NCBI GenBank assembly: GCA_038204425.1
Contig: JBBRCZ010000001.1
Location: 320,001 to 384,000, forward strand
DNA length: 64,000 nt
Direction: 5' to 3'
From: Spirochaetia bacterium
GTDB taxonomy: Bacteria; Spirochaetota; Spirochaetia; DSM-27196; Salinispiraceae
The first letter of the stretch is position 1; every line of letters starts with the position of its first letter. Below, piece by piece: positions 10,771-18,637 of this stretch. The notes beneath the pieces are model-generated. The model did no database searches and was not told the DNA's origin. It was given only the letters and a program-made list of their open reading frames with translations. The translations under genes were made by a program, and so were the position numbers.

Positions 10771-10846
10771 TGTGGAGCCTATACTAACCAAATGAAGCCC
10801 CACAATGCAAGACGAAGCCCCATTTCCATGCAGCTAAGTTAATGAA

Positions 10847-11593
10847 TTACTTGGCTTTGCCTTGATTTGCTACCCCTGCAATTTTTGCAGCGATCTTTTC
10901 TTGGTCGCCAAGATAGTAATCTTTAACATACTTTAGATTTTTGTCTAACTCAATTACCAGAGGGATCGCAGTTGGCACATTTAGTTCTGCAATGTCTTTT
11001 TCTGAAATGCCTTTGAGGTACATTATTAAGGCTCTGAGGCTGTTTCCGTGAGCACCGACGATGATTTGTTTGCCACGCAGGATTTGTGGTGCAATTTCTA
11101 CTTGCCAATAAGGTAGTACACGAGCTACGCAGTCCTTCAGACACTCGGTCTTTGGTAATTCACTTGGGTCAACGTCTTGATAGCGCTTATCATTAGAAGC
11201 CTGCATAGGACTATGTTGATCAAGCGCGGGAGGTGCAATGTCATAAGATCGTCGCCATTGCATAAATTTTTCATTACCATACTTGGCCAAGGTTTCGGCC
11301 TTATCCATGCCTTGAAGGGCTCCATAGTGCTTTTCGTTAAGTCTCCAAGTCTTCTTCACAGGAATCCACAACAAATCCAGCTTATCAAGTACCATGTTGA
11401 GGGTTTTATTTGCTCTTCGTAGTAAAGAACTGTAGGCAAGGTCAAATACATAGCCTTCTTTTTTAAGAACCTCGCCTGCTTCGTCAGCTTCTTTGATTCC
11501 CGAAGGTGCCAAATCAACATCTACCCAGCCGGTAAAAAGGTTCTTAAGGTTCCAGTCGCTCTCGCCGTGGCGAATAAGCACTAATTTGTACAT
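10847..11593 (-). CDS. gpmA: 2,3-bisphosphoglycerate-dependent phosphoglycerate mutase
   Basis: LIRHGESDWN...FTGWVDVDL, LNEKHYGALQG, WRRSYD, AHGNSLRAL; SD AAGGAG. Confidence 0.98.
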   Translation of the reverse strand: MYKLVLIRHGESDWNLKNLFTGWVDVDLAPSGIKEADEAGEVLKKEGYVFDLAYSSLLRRANKTLNMVLDKLDLLWIPVKKTWRLNEKHYGALQGMDKAETLAKYGNEKFMQWRRSYDIAPPALDQHSPMQASNDKRYQDVDPSELPKTECLKDCVARVLPYWQVEIAPQILRGKQIIVGAHGNSLRALIMYLKGISEKDIAELNVPTAIPLVIELDKNLKYVKDYYLGDQEKIAAKIAGVANQGKAK

Positions 11594-11636
11594 ACTAACT
11601 CCTTAGTGTAACTAATGAATCTATACTACCCGAGCA

Positions 11637-12116
11637 CTAGGTTTTTATCCAGTCCGGTGACGTAGCAATGATGTTCCAGCTTAAGGCCACACATGGTACT
11701 CTTGTGCCTAAACTTCGGGTTTGGGCCAAAGCATCAAGCGCCTCAACTAGGCTTGGATTAAGGTATTGCAATTGTTCTTGTGGCATTTCTAGGCCACTAT
11801 TCAAATAATTTAAAAAACTAAGCGCCATCGCGCGCGCTTGGTTTCCATCCAAGCCTATCAGGCATGCGCACAAAACCGAGGCTCCTGCGATACACAAAGA
11901 GCATCCTTCTCCGCTGAAAGCCGCGTCAGTCACACTATTATGGTCAAATTTGACATACAGTTCGACTTTGTCGCCACATGAGCGATTGACTTGACCACTC
12001 ACGAAATCAGCTTCTGGCAATGCTTTGCGAAACGGACTAGCACGGTAATGTTCCATAATCACTCGTCGTGAGTGTTCGGATTGGTCAGTTTTGCCTGCTT
12101 GCGGCTGTTGATCCAT
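11637..12116 (-). CDS. sufU: SufU/IscU-family Fe-S scaffold or sulfur acceptor
   Basis: IMEHY, NRSCGD, FSGEGCSLCIAGAS, RVPCVALSW; follows sufS. ATG 12116 has an AGGAG SD (track start is 12185). Confidence 0.85.
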   Translation of the reverse strand: MDQQPQAGKTDQSEHSRRVIMEHYRASPFRKALPEADFVSGQVNRSCGDKVELYVKFDHNSVTDAAFSGEGCSLCIAGASVLCACLIGLDGNQARAMALSFLNYLNSGLEMPQEQLQYLNPSLVEALDALAQTRSLGTRVPCVALSWNIIATSPDWIKT

Positions 12117-12191
12117 ATGCTTTCTCCTGCGGCTACTGTCCTTGCAACCACAATCGGTTTCTTTATGCTGGTACTTGGAACTCACTTTGGA

Positions 12192-13415
12192 TTAACCAAA
12201 CAACTTCCAAGCTTGATCAATACCCTCAAATAGCATGTCTATATCGTGCTTGGAAGTATAGAGATAAGAACTAGCTCGGACGGTTCCACTTTGACCAAGT
12301 CTCTGCATCAAGGGCATTGCACAATGGAAACCTGTTCTGACTGCCACACCAAGACTATCGAGAATTGTTCCCACATCATGGCTGTGAACGCCGTTTAGAT
12401 TGAACGATAGTGTTCCACCCCAGACATCAGTGTTTGCTGGCACATAGCAGCTTAAAAAGCCACGTGTTTTTGCCTGCTCAAGTGCGTATAGTCCCAAGAG
12501 TTTGTCCCACTCAGCAATGGCATCCATGCCGATCCGTTCCAGATAGTTGAGCGCCTCTTCAAATGCTATTGCTGCAGCAATAGCAGGAGTTCCAGCCTCA
12601 AACTTCTCAGGTATACCTTGGTAACTTGAATAGTGCTTATGTACTTCTTGAATCATGTCACCGCCATACATAAATGGGTCCATTGACTCCAAGATTTTTC
12701 TCTTGCCATAGAGCACACCAAGGCCTGTTGGTCCAAGCATTTTATGGGCAGAAAAAATTAGAAAATCACAATCGAGCTTTTGCACATCGCATGGATGATG
12801 GGCCACGAATTGGGCTCCGTCCACAAAAACCAGCAGGCCGTGCTGGTGAGCCATTGCAATCAAAGTCTCCAAAGGAGGCAAATAGGAACTTACGTTTGAC
12901 ATTGCAGAAATAACTAACAAACGAGCGCCCTCAAAAACTCTATCAATTTCATCTAGAATGAGTTCTTGATTGACAGGATCATAAGGAATAAATTCCAAGC
13001 GTGCCCCACGACTGGCTGCGGCCGCTTGCCAAGGCACCAAGTTTGAATGGTGCTCTAACTCGGTTGCAACTATTACATCACCTGGATTGAGGAATTTCCG
13101 CGCCCATGCGTAAGCGACAAGGTTGGCGGACTCCGTGCTTCCGTGGGTAAATATTACTTCTGCAGCCTCGCCGGCGTTGATAAAACGAGCTACGTGTTCG
13201 CGACTTTGTTGAAATTTTTTGGTGGCAATGTCAGAAAATTCATAGACGCCGCGGTGAATGTTAACTCCATACTCAAAATAATAGTCTCGCTCAGCGTTAA
13301 TTACAGAATTTGGTTTGAGAGAAGTAGCACCAGAGTCCAAGTAGACAAAGGGTTTCTTTCGCATTTTTTGCTTGAGAATCGGGAAATCAAGTCGATACAG
13401 ATCTGGATCTAACAT
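12192..13415 (-). CDS. sufS: Cysteine desulfurase SufS
   Basis: YLDSGATSLKP, EHHSNLVPW, VDGAQ, FSAHKMLGPTG, KFEAGTP, VRTGFHCA. Confidence 0.96.
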   Translation of the reverse strand: MLDPDLYRLDFPILKQKMRKKPFVYLDSGATSLKPNSVINAERDYYFEYGVNIHRGVYEFSDIATKKFQQSREHVARFINAGEAAEVIFTHGSTESANLVAYAWARKFLNPGDVIVATELEHHSNLVPWQAAAASRGARLEFIPYDPVNQELILDEIDRVFEGARLLVISAMSNVSSYLPPLETLIAMAHQHGLLVFVDGAQFVAHHPCDVQKLDCDFLIFSAHKMLGPTGLGVLYGKRKILESMDPFMYGGDMIQEVHKHYSSYQGIPEKFEAGTPAIAAAIAFEEALNYLERIGMDAIAEWDKLLGLYALEQAKTRGFLSCYVPANTDVWGGTLSFNLNGVHSHDVGTILDSLGVAVRTGFHCAMPLMQRLGQSGTVRASSYLYTSKHDIDMLFEGIDQAWKLFG

Positions 13416-13423
13416 GTGCTCTT

Positions 13424-13452
13424 AAGATAGCCCGCAAAAGATAGCTGGTCAA
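13424..13452 (-). promoter_or_regulatory. sigma70 promoter of sufS (near-leaderless)
   Basis: TTGACC-17 nt-TATCTT, 8 nt before the ATG, no SD. Confidence 0.6.
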
Positions 13453-13505
13453 CAGAATAGCACCGTCCGCCGAATAAGAAACCAGCGGACGATTGCCTAT
13501 TGTTA

Positions 13506-14117
13506 CTAGGAAAGTGCCTTGTCAAGGTTCTTGGAAACTGCCTTCCAATTGATTACCTTGAAAAAGTTTTCTACATATTCTGGGCGTTTGTTTTGATACT
13601 TCAAATAGTAGGCGTGTTCCCAAACATCAATCCCAAGGATTGGCTTTTTGCCGTCGCTTAAGGGGTTGTCTTGGTTGGCCGTTGAACTAACCTCAAGTAT
13701 TTTCTTGTCGTTGAGCACCAGCCAGGCCCATCCTGAACCAAAACGGTTGGCTGCTGATTCACTAAACAGTTTTACGAAGGCTGCAAATGAACCAAAGTCT
13801 TTTTCAATTGAGGCCATTAAGTGGCCTTCTGGTTCTCCGCCCGCCTTGGCAGCCAAAATGTTCCAGAAAAATTCATGGTTAAAGTGGCCACCACCGTGGT
13901 TTCTAACGGCTGCTTGGATGTTTTCAGGGACTTGTTTGTAGTCTGAAACAAGCTTTTCGATAGACCATGACGCTTGAGAAGTGTTTTCTATAGCAGCGTT
14001 AAGTTTGGTAGTGTAGGCAACGTGATGTTTGTCATGATGAATTTTCATCGTCGCTTCATCAATATAGGGCTCTAGGTCCCCATAGCCGTAAGGTAGATCA
14101 GACGTTACAAATGGCAT
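13506..14117 (-). CDS. sodA: Fe/Mn superoxide dismutase (Mn-type signature)
   Basis: LPYGYGDLEPYID, HHDKHH, NHGGGHFNH, FGSGWAWL, NQDNP, DVWEHAYYLKYQN; SD GGAGG. Confidence 0.95.
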   Translation of the reverse strand: MPFVTSDLPYGYGDLEPYIDEATMKIHHDKHHVAYTTKLNAAIENTSQASWSIEKLVSDYKQVPENIQAAVRNHGGGHFNHEFFWNILAAKAGGEPEGHLMASIEKDFGSFAAFVKLFSESAANRFGSGWAWLVLNDKKILEVSSTANQDNPLSDGKKPILGIDVWEHAYYLKYQNKRPEYVENFFKVINWKAVSKNLDKALS

Positions 14118-14138
14118 TAAAACCTCCTAGTATTTGCC

Positions 14139-14153
14139 TTACTAATATAGTAA
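14139..14153. promoter_or_regulatory. Palindromic operator-like site over the sod -10 element (PerR/Fur-like geometry)
   Basis: TTACTA-ATA-TAGTAA inverted repeat containing minus-strand TATATT, 21 nt upstream of the sod ATG. Confidence 0.45.
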
Positions 14154-14314
14154 TAATCGATAGTCTTCGTATAGCGGATTTTCTAGATTAATCACTCTAT
14201 ATATCAACTACTCGCATCTCTAAATCTGTGGCATAATAATGTTAGAGCAATTGATTGATAGCGAAAGTTGGCTTTTGCAAGTTCTTCAAATAATTTGGTT
14301 TACAGGAAGCAAAA

Positions 14315-15298
14315 ATGAATAGTATCGAAACAAGCTACCTCGGTCTTACACTAAAGTCTCCATTGATTGTTTCAGCCTCAAGTCTTAGTTCAACATTATC
14401 TGGTATTCAGAAAGCGGCCGACAATGGGGCCGGAGCGATAGTGATCAAGTCGCTTTTTGAGGAACAAATCAATGCGGATATTGATCATCAAGCAAAAAGT
14501 CTTGACGAATATGCTCACCCAGAAGCCCAAGATTATCTTAATGGTATGGGAATGGCAATCGCTCCCAAGGATTATGCTAATTTAGTCGCCGATGCTGTTA
14601 GAACTACTGGTACTCCAATTATCGCTAGCTTCAACTGCACAAGTGCTGAACGCTGGGGCGAGTTCTCAATGCAAATCCAAGATTCTGGCGCAAGCGCTAT
14701 CGAACTCAACATTGGTAATTCGTATAGGTCCCTAAATCAAAGTTCTCATGAAATTGAATCTAGGGTTGTAAGAACGGTAGAAGCGGTTTGTAAAAAAACA
14801 ACCTTGCCAGTTTCAGTTAAGCTCGGTAACGACTATAGCAACCTTCCTTCGCTTGCCAATCAACTGGTCAATAGTGGCATTAAAGGACTTGTACTTTTTA
14901 ATCGCTACTACCAATTAGATATTAACATAGAGAAACTGTGCCTTAAGCCCGGAATAGTTTTTAGCAATCCGCAAGACTACTACCCCGCGCTTCGGTGGAT
15001 ATCGCTGCTCTTTAAGAGAAACAACGTTGATTTTGCAGCTTCAAGTGGCATACATGATTCTTCTAGTGCAATTAAATTGATTATGGCAGGCGCAAACGTT
15101 GTGCAACTCTGTTCGACGATTTACAAAAATGGCTATGGCCAGCTTAGGACAATAAACGATGAAATCAAAACTTGGCTAAGTAGCCACAACTACGCTAGTA
15201 TACGAGAAGTCATTGGTCTTATGGCTCAAAACAAAAGCCAAGAACCAGAAAAATACGAGAGAGTTCAATATATCAAAGCTTTGACAGGAATCAACTAA
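14315..15298 (+). CDS. Dihydroorotate dehydrogenase-like flavoprotein
   Basis: YLGLTLKSPLIVSAS, GAGAIVIKSLFEEQI, IELNI, PVSVKL, GLVLFNRYYQLDI, LRWISLL, MAGANVVQLCS. Confidence 0.85.
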   Translation: MNSIETSYLGLTLKSPLIVSASSLSSTLSGIQKAADNGAGAIVIKSLFEEQINADIDHQAKSLDEYAHPEAQDYLNGMGMAIAPKDYANLVADAVRTTGTPIIASFNCTSAERWGEFSMQIQDSGASAIELNIGNSYRSLNQSSHEIESRVVRTVEAVCKKTTLPVSVKLGNDYSNLPSLANQLVNSGIKGLVLFNRYYQLDINIEKLCLKPGIVFSNPQDYYPALRWISLLFKRNNVDFAASSGIHDSSSAIKLIMAGANVVQLCSTIYKNGYGQLRTINDEIKTWLSSHNYASIREVIGLMAQNKSQEPEKYERVQYIKALTGIN

Positions 15299-16578
15299 GG
15301 GTAGCTTGGTAACGGCACGCCAATCCAAGATCGCAATGTAAGGTAGACTTCTTCTCCCAAAAGCTGAATAGGATTGGCGCGCTCAATTACCCTGCCACTG
15401 AGAATAGGTATTTTGTAACGCACGGTGGATTGATCAAGCTGGAGGCTCAACCAACCAAGTCTTGTGCTCGTAGACAGTGGCGCACGGATCTCTGCACTAA
15501 GTTCTAATGCCAAACTAATCTCTTCCCATTCGGGCTTAGGAAGGACAAGCCTGACCGGATATCTATCAAGTTCTATACTGCCAACCGTGCCATTCCAGAC
15601 TCTTATTGGACCTATTTTGGGCCTAGTAATTGTACCGAGTGAAAAATTGCTAAATCCCCAGTCCAACAATGCTCGAGCATCTGCAAATCTAATCTCTTCA
15701 CTTTGAGCACCCAAAATGAGTCCAGTTAATCTCATTCCCTCGCGATTAGCACTAAAAGCAAAGTTGTAACCTGATTCGTCAATATAGCCAGTTTTAATGC
15801 CATCTAAACCTAAGTAGCGATTCAAAAGCCGGTTACGATTGCCTTGACTTATACCACCAAGGCCGGCTTGATTTGGGTAGGTAAACTGAGGAACACTGTG
15901 CAGCAAGACCAGACTTTGCGCGTAGTTGTTGAGGTAGTAGAACAACAAATATGCAAAGTCAGCAATAGTTGTTTGATTTTTTTTGTCGTAGCCAGAGGGC
16001 TCGACAAAAATCGTTTGTTTTAGACCGAGACTCTTGGCTTTTTGGTTCATTCTGTCGACAAATTTGGACAAACTGCCAGCACAGGCTTCGGCAACCGCAA
16101 CCGATGCGTCGTTCCCCGAAGAAACAGCTAGTCCCAATAATAGATCCATCCATCTAGGCGACTGTTCTGGGCCCAAAAACATAAGACTGGAACGCGGTGG
16201 GGCGTTGACTGCAAAGGAATTTGGCGAGATATTGACCAGCTCTTGCAATGAAATCTGATGCTGAGAGAGATGGTCAAAGGCCAGCATGATGGTCATAATT
16301 TTGGTCAGCGAGGCTGGTGGTATTACTACATGAGCATTCTTTTGGTAGAGGATAGTGCCTGTTTCTTGCTCAAATAGAATTGCCGCATGTGACTGTAATG
16401 TTGATGGAAAGCTGTCTATTAAGGCCTTGTTTTGCACCCGTGGTTCAAGGAAAGAACCCTGTAACGGGTCTACAAAATTTTCTTCGTAAGCGCTTGCTAC
16501 ATTAAAGGCGGATATCTCAAGTACCAATACTAAGAAAAAGGTAATAGAAAAAAGCCGAAAAACATGGTGTCGTAGCAT
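15295..16578 (-). CDS. D-alanyl-D-alanine carboxypeptidase (peptidase S11, DacA-like)
   Basis: PASLTK (SxxK), SGNDA (SxN), GIKTG (KTG), signal/TM segment. Start 16578 preferred because TTGAGC-17-TATAGT lies across 16602. Confidence 0.93.
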   Translation of the reverse strand: MLRHHVFRLFSITFFLVLVLEISAFNVASAYEENFVDPLQGSFLEPRVQNKALIDSFPSTLQSHAAILFEQETGTILYQKNAHVVIPPASLTKIMTIMLAFDHLSQHQISLQELVNISPNSFAVNAPPRSSLMFLGPEQSPRWMDLLLGLAVSSGNDASVAVAEACAGSLSKFVDRMNQKAKSLGLKQTIFVEPSGYDKKNQTTIADFAYLLFYYLNNYAQSLVLLHSVPQFTYPNQAGLGGISQGNRNRLLNRYLGLDGIKTGYIDESGYNFAFSANREGMRLTGLILGAQSEEIRFADARALLDWGFSNFSLGTITRPKIGPIRVWNGTVGSIELDRYPVRLVLPKPEWEEISLALELSAEIRAPLSTSTRLGWLSLQLDQSTVRYKIPILSGRVIERANPIQLLGEEVYLTLRSWIGVPLPSYP

Positions 16579-16643
16579 AACAAAATCACTATACTCTGCC
16601 ATGTAGCGTTGCTCAAGTCTTATTGACCTACAAAGGAGTGACA

Positions 16644-17315
16644 GTGGTTAAGATTGAAGTCGAAGACGTTACGGTAAAAGGCCTTGTGGGCCAACTTTCA
16701 CTGGATCAAATTTCTGCTAAATTTAATCTGGGAGAACTGGCATTGATTACTGGTCCTGCCGCTGCTGGGAAGTCATTGTTGTTAAAAGTAATCTCTGGCC
16801 GGCAGAAAAAAGATTCGGGCAGACTGAACTGTTGGGGAGCTAAGCTATGTTATTTGCCTGAGCAGCCGCAAGCATATCTGCTCGGTGAGACAGCTCGACA
16901 ACAACTATTGCTGGCTTCTTGCAAGGACCCAGAAGCGACGTTGGATTCATTTGGTATTCTGGGTCAGATTGATTGTCCACTGAGACTTTTGTCTTCCACC
17001 AGCCTTAAACTACTCTCTTTTGCCTATCTTTCTAGTCTTGACTCTGATTTCATTCTTCTAGATGAACCATTTGCTAACCTAGACTACCATGCTACCAAGT
17101 TGATTCTTCAATGGATCAATGCCAAAAAGAAACAAAAAAAAGGTCTTATAATCGCAAGCAAAGAAGTTGAGAAAATTCTGGCTCATGTAGACCGAGTTAT
17201 CTTATTAAAGGAAGGCAGACTTATTCTAGATGCTTTACCAGAAAGGGTAATGCCATACTTTGAAACCCACGGGATAAGAACTGGCAACCTAAAGCTTAAA
17301 GAGATGACATGGTAA
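16644..17315 (+). CDS. ABC/ECF transporter ATP-binding protein (divergent)
   Basis: Walker A GPAAAGKS, Walker B LLDEPFANLD; signature and H-loop degenerate. GTG 16644 follows SD AAAGGAG. Confidence 0.75.
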   Translation: MVKIEVEDVTVKGLVGQLSLDQISAKFNLGELALITGPAAAGKSLLLKVISGRQKKDSGRLNCWGAKLCYLPEQPQAYLLGETARQQLLLASCKDPEATLDSFGILGQIDCPLRLLSSTSLKLLSFAYLSSLDSDFILLDEPFANLDYHATKLILQWINAKKKQKKGLIIASKEVEKILAHVDRVILLKEGRLILDALPERVMPYFETHGIRTGNLKLKEMTW

Positions 17316-17971
17316 GAAGTGCTGTCGTGCCACAAAGCGCATCAGGAGCGTGGAATGATTTCCTGGGCAGTTTTACCTTGAGCATCTGCATTTTGCTTCC
17401 TTGGCTTTTGTTTAGTATGGGATCAAAAACTCAAATGGTGATTTTTGTTGGTGCAGTTGTCGGTGCCTTCTTAAATGGCCTTGTGATTCACCAGTGGTTC
17501 TTGCAGTTACGTTATACTTGGGCTGTATGTTTCTTTGCTGCATTGACTGCCTTTGCCAACAATGCAGATGTCTTCACTATAGTCTCTTCTTTTTTGTCAG
17601 TAATTACCGCTAGAATCATAGTTGAAACTATGTTGATTCGGCTACCGGCTCAGGAAATAGCCAGTCGTTTGTCAAGCTTGGTTTCAAAACGTTGCGAACG
17701 TTTTGGCATTGCAGTTTACTTTATGTGCTTAGCAATGGTTCGCTTTCCCAAAATTTTTTCGGAACGTTGTGCACACATCAGGCAACTAGGCAAGATCAAA
17801 CTTTTAAATGTTTTTGAACAAAGTTTTGAAATCATCTACAACGGAATTTGCTATTTGCCCTTTGCCCGACCCAACAGTGGCTACAATAGATTTGCAGGGA
17901 TCATAGGTCTCTTACTAACCATTGGCCTAATAGTCGCCCTTTTTTGCCTCGATTTACTTGTATTGAGTTAA
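17309..17971 (+). CDS. Multi-pass membrane protein, probable ECF T-component-like partner
   Basis: About 5-6 hydrophobic segments, overlaps the ATPase stop, LAMVRFP resembles the EcfT coupling-helix region. Confidence 0.5.
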   Translation: MVRSAVVPQSASGAWNDFLGSFTLSICILLPWLLFSMGSKTQMVIFVGAVVGAFLNGLVIHQWFLQLRYTWAVCFFAALTAFANNADVFTIVSSFLSVITARIIVETMLIRLPAQEIASRLSSLVSKRCERFGIAVYFMCLAMVRFPKIFSERCAHIRQLGKIKLLNVFEQSFEIIYNGICYLPFARPNSGYNRFAGIIGLLLTIGLIVALFCLDLLVLS

Positions 17972-17991
17972 GACCAACTAGCTACTATAAT
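17963..17991 (+). promoter_or_regulatory. sigma70 promoter of nrdR (leaderless geometry)
   Basis: TTGAGT-17 nt-TATAAT, then 7 nt and ATG; no SD. Confidence 0.75.
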
Positions 17992-17998
17992 CGCTTTC

Positions 17999-18463
17999 AT
18001 GAAATGCCCACATTGTTCGAGTCCTGAAGATAAGGTAATTGAGTCACGCACGCTTGCCGAGGGCACGGCAGTAAGACGACGACGAGAATGCATAAGTTGC
18101 GGTTTCAGATTCACGTCTTATGAAAGGATCGAAGAAAAGCCTCTCTTGGTAATTAAATCCAGTGGCCGCCGTGAACCGTTTGATCGACAAAAATTGGAAC
18201 GAGGACTGTATCGAGCCCTAGAAAAACGGCCGGTTTCTCGTGATTTAGTAGATGAAATCCTAAATCAAATAGAAGACAAAGCAAGCCTCAACGGTAAGAC
18301 AACCGATGAAATCCAAAGTTCTGTTTTAGGAGAAATGATACTTGATCAATTATTTAACTTAGACAAGGTTGCTTACATTCGTTTTGCTTCGGTCTACCGT
18401 AACTTTGCTAACGTAGAAGAGTTTGTAGCCACTATCCGCTCGCTAGGAAAACAAAAGGATTAA
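17999..18463 (+). CDS. nrdR: Transcriptional repressor NrdR
   Basis: MKCPHC...KVIESR...RRRRECISCGFRFTSYERIE, ATP cone, VAYIRFASVYR. Confidence 0.98.
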   Translation: MKCPHCSSPEDKVIESRTLAEGTAVRRRRECISCGFRFTSYERIEEKPLLVIKSSGRREPFDRQKLERGLYRALEKRPVSRDLVDEILNQIEDKASLNGKTTDEIQSSVLGEMILDQLFNLDKVAYIRFASVYRNFANVEEFVATIRSLGKQKD

Positions 18464-18488
18464 AAAAAACCATCCTCGCAAGGATGGT
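18462..18488 (-). terminator. Intrinsic terminator between convergent nrdR and tRNA-Met
   Basis: ACCATCCT-CGCA-AGGATGGT hairpin with A8 on the left (U tract for the minus-strand tRNA). Confidence 0.85.
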
Positions 18489-18490
18489 AT

Positions 18491-18563
18491 TAGCGGCGAA
18501 GGGATTTGAACCCCTGACACAACGGATATGAGCCGTTTGCTCTACCTACTGAGCTACGCCGCC
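18491..18563 (-). tRNA. Elongator tRNA-Met (CAT)
   Basis: GGCGGCGTAGCTCAGTAGGTAGAGCAAACGGCTCATATCCGTT...GGTTCAAATCCCTTCGCCGCTA; paired 1-72, no initiator hallmarks. Confidence 0.9.
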
Positions 18564-18576
18564 AGGATCGGGCTGG

Positions 18577-18605
18577 AATATATCAGCTCATTGCCGGACT
18601 GTCAA
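18577..18605 (-). promoter_or_regulatory. sigma70 promoter of tRNA-Met
   Basis: TTGACA-17 nt-TATATT followed by a GC-rich discriminator CCAGCCC. Confidence 0.85.
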
Positions 18606-18637
18606 TCGAGAACGTATACGGCACTTAAAGCAAAGAT

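Noticed and set aside
10771..10846. Possible ZMP/ZTP or folate riboswitch upstream of purU
   Set aside because: The spacer is only 76 nt, is largely occupied by the promoter, and lacks recognisable aptamer motifs.
18491..18563. Possible tRNA-Ile2 (lysidine-modified CAT)
   Set aside because: The GGCGGCG acceptor stem and overall sequence resemble elongator tRNA-Met more; not fully excluded without a covariance-model search.
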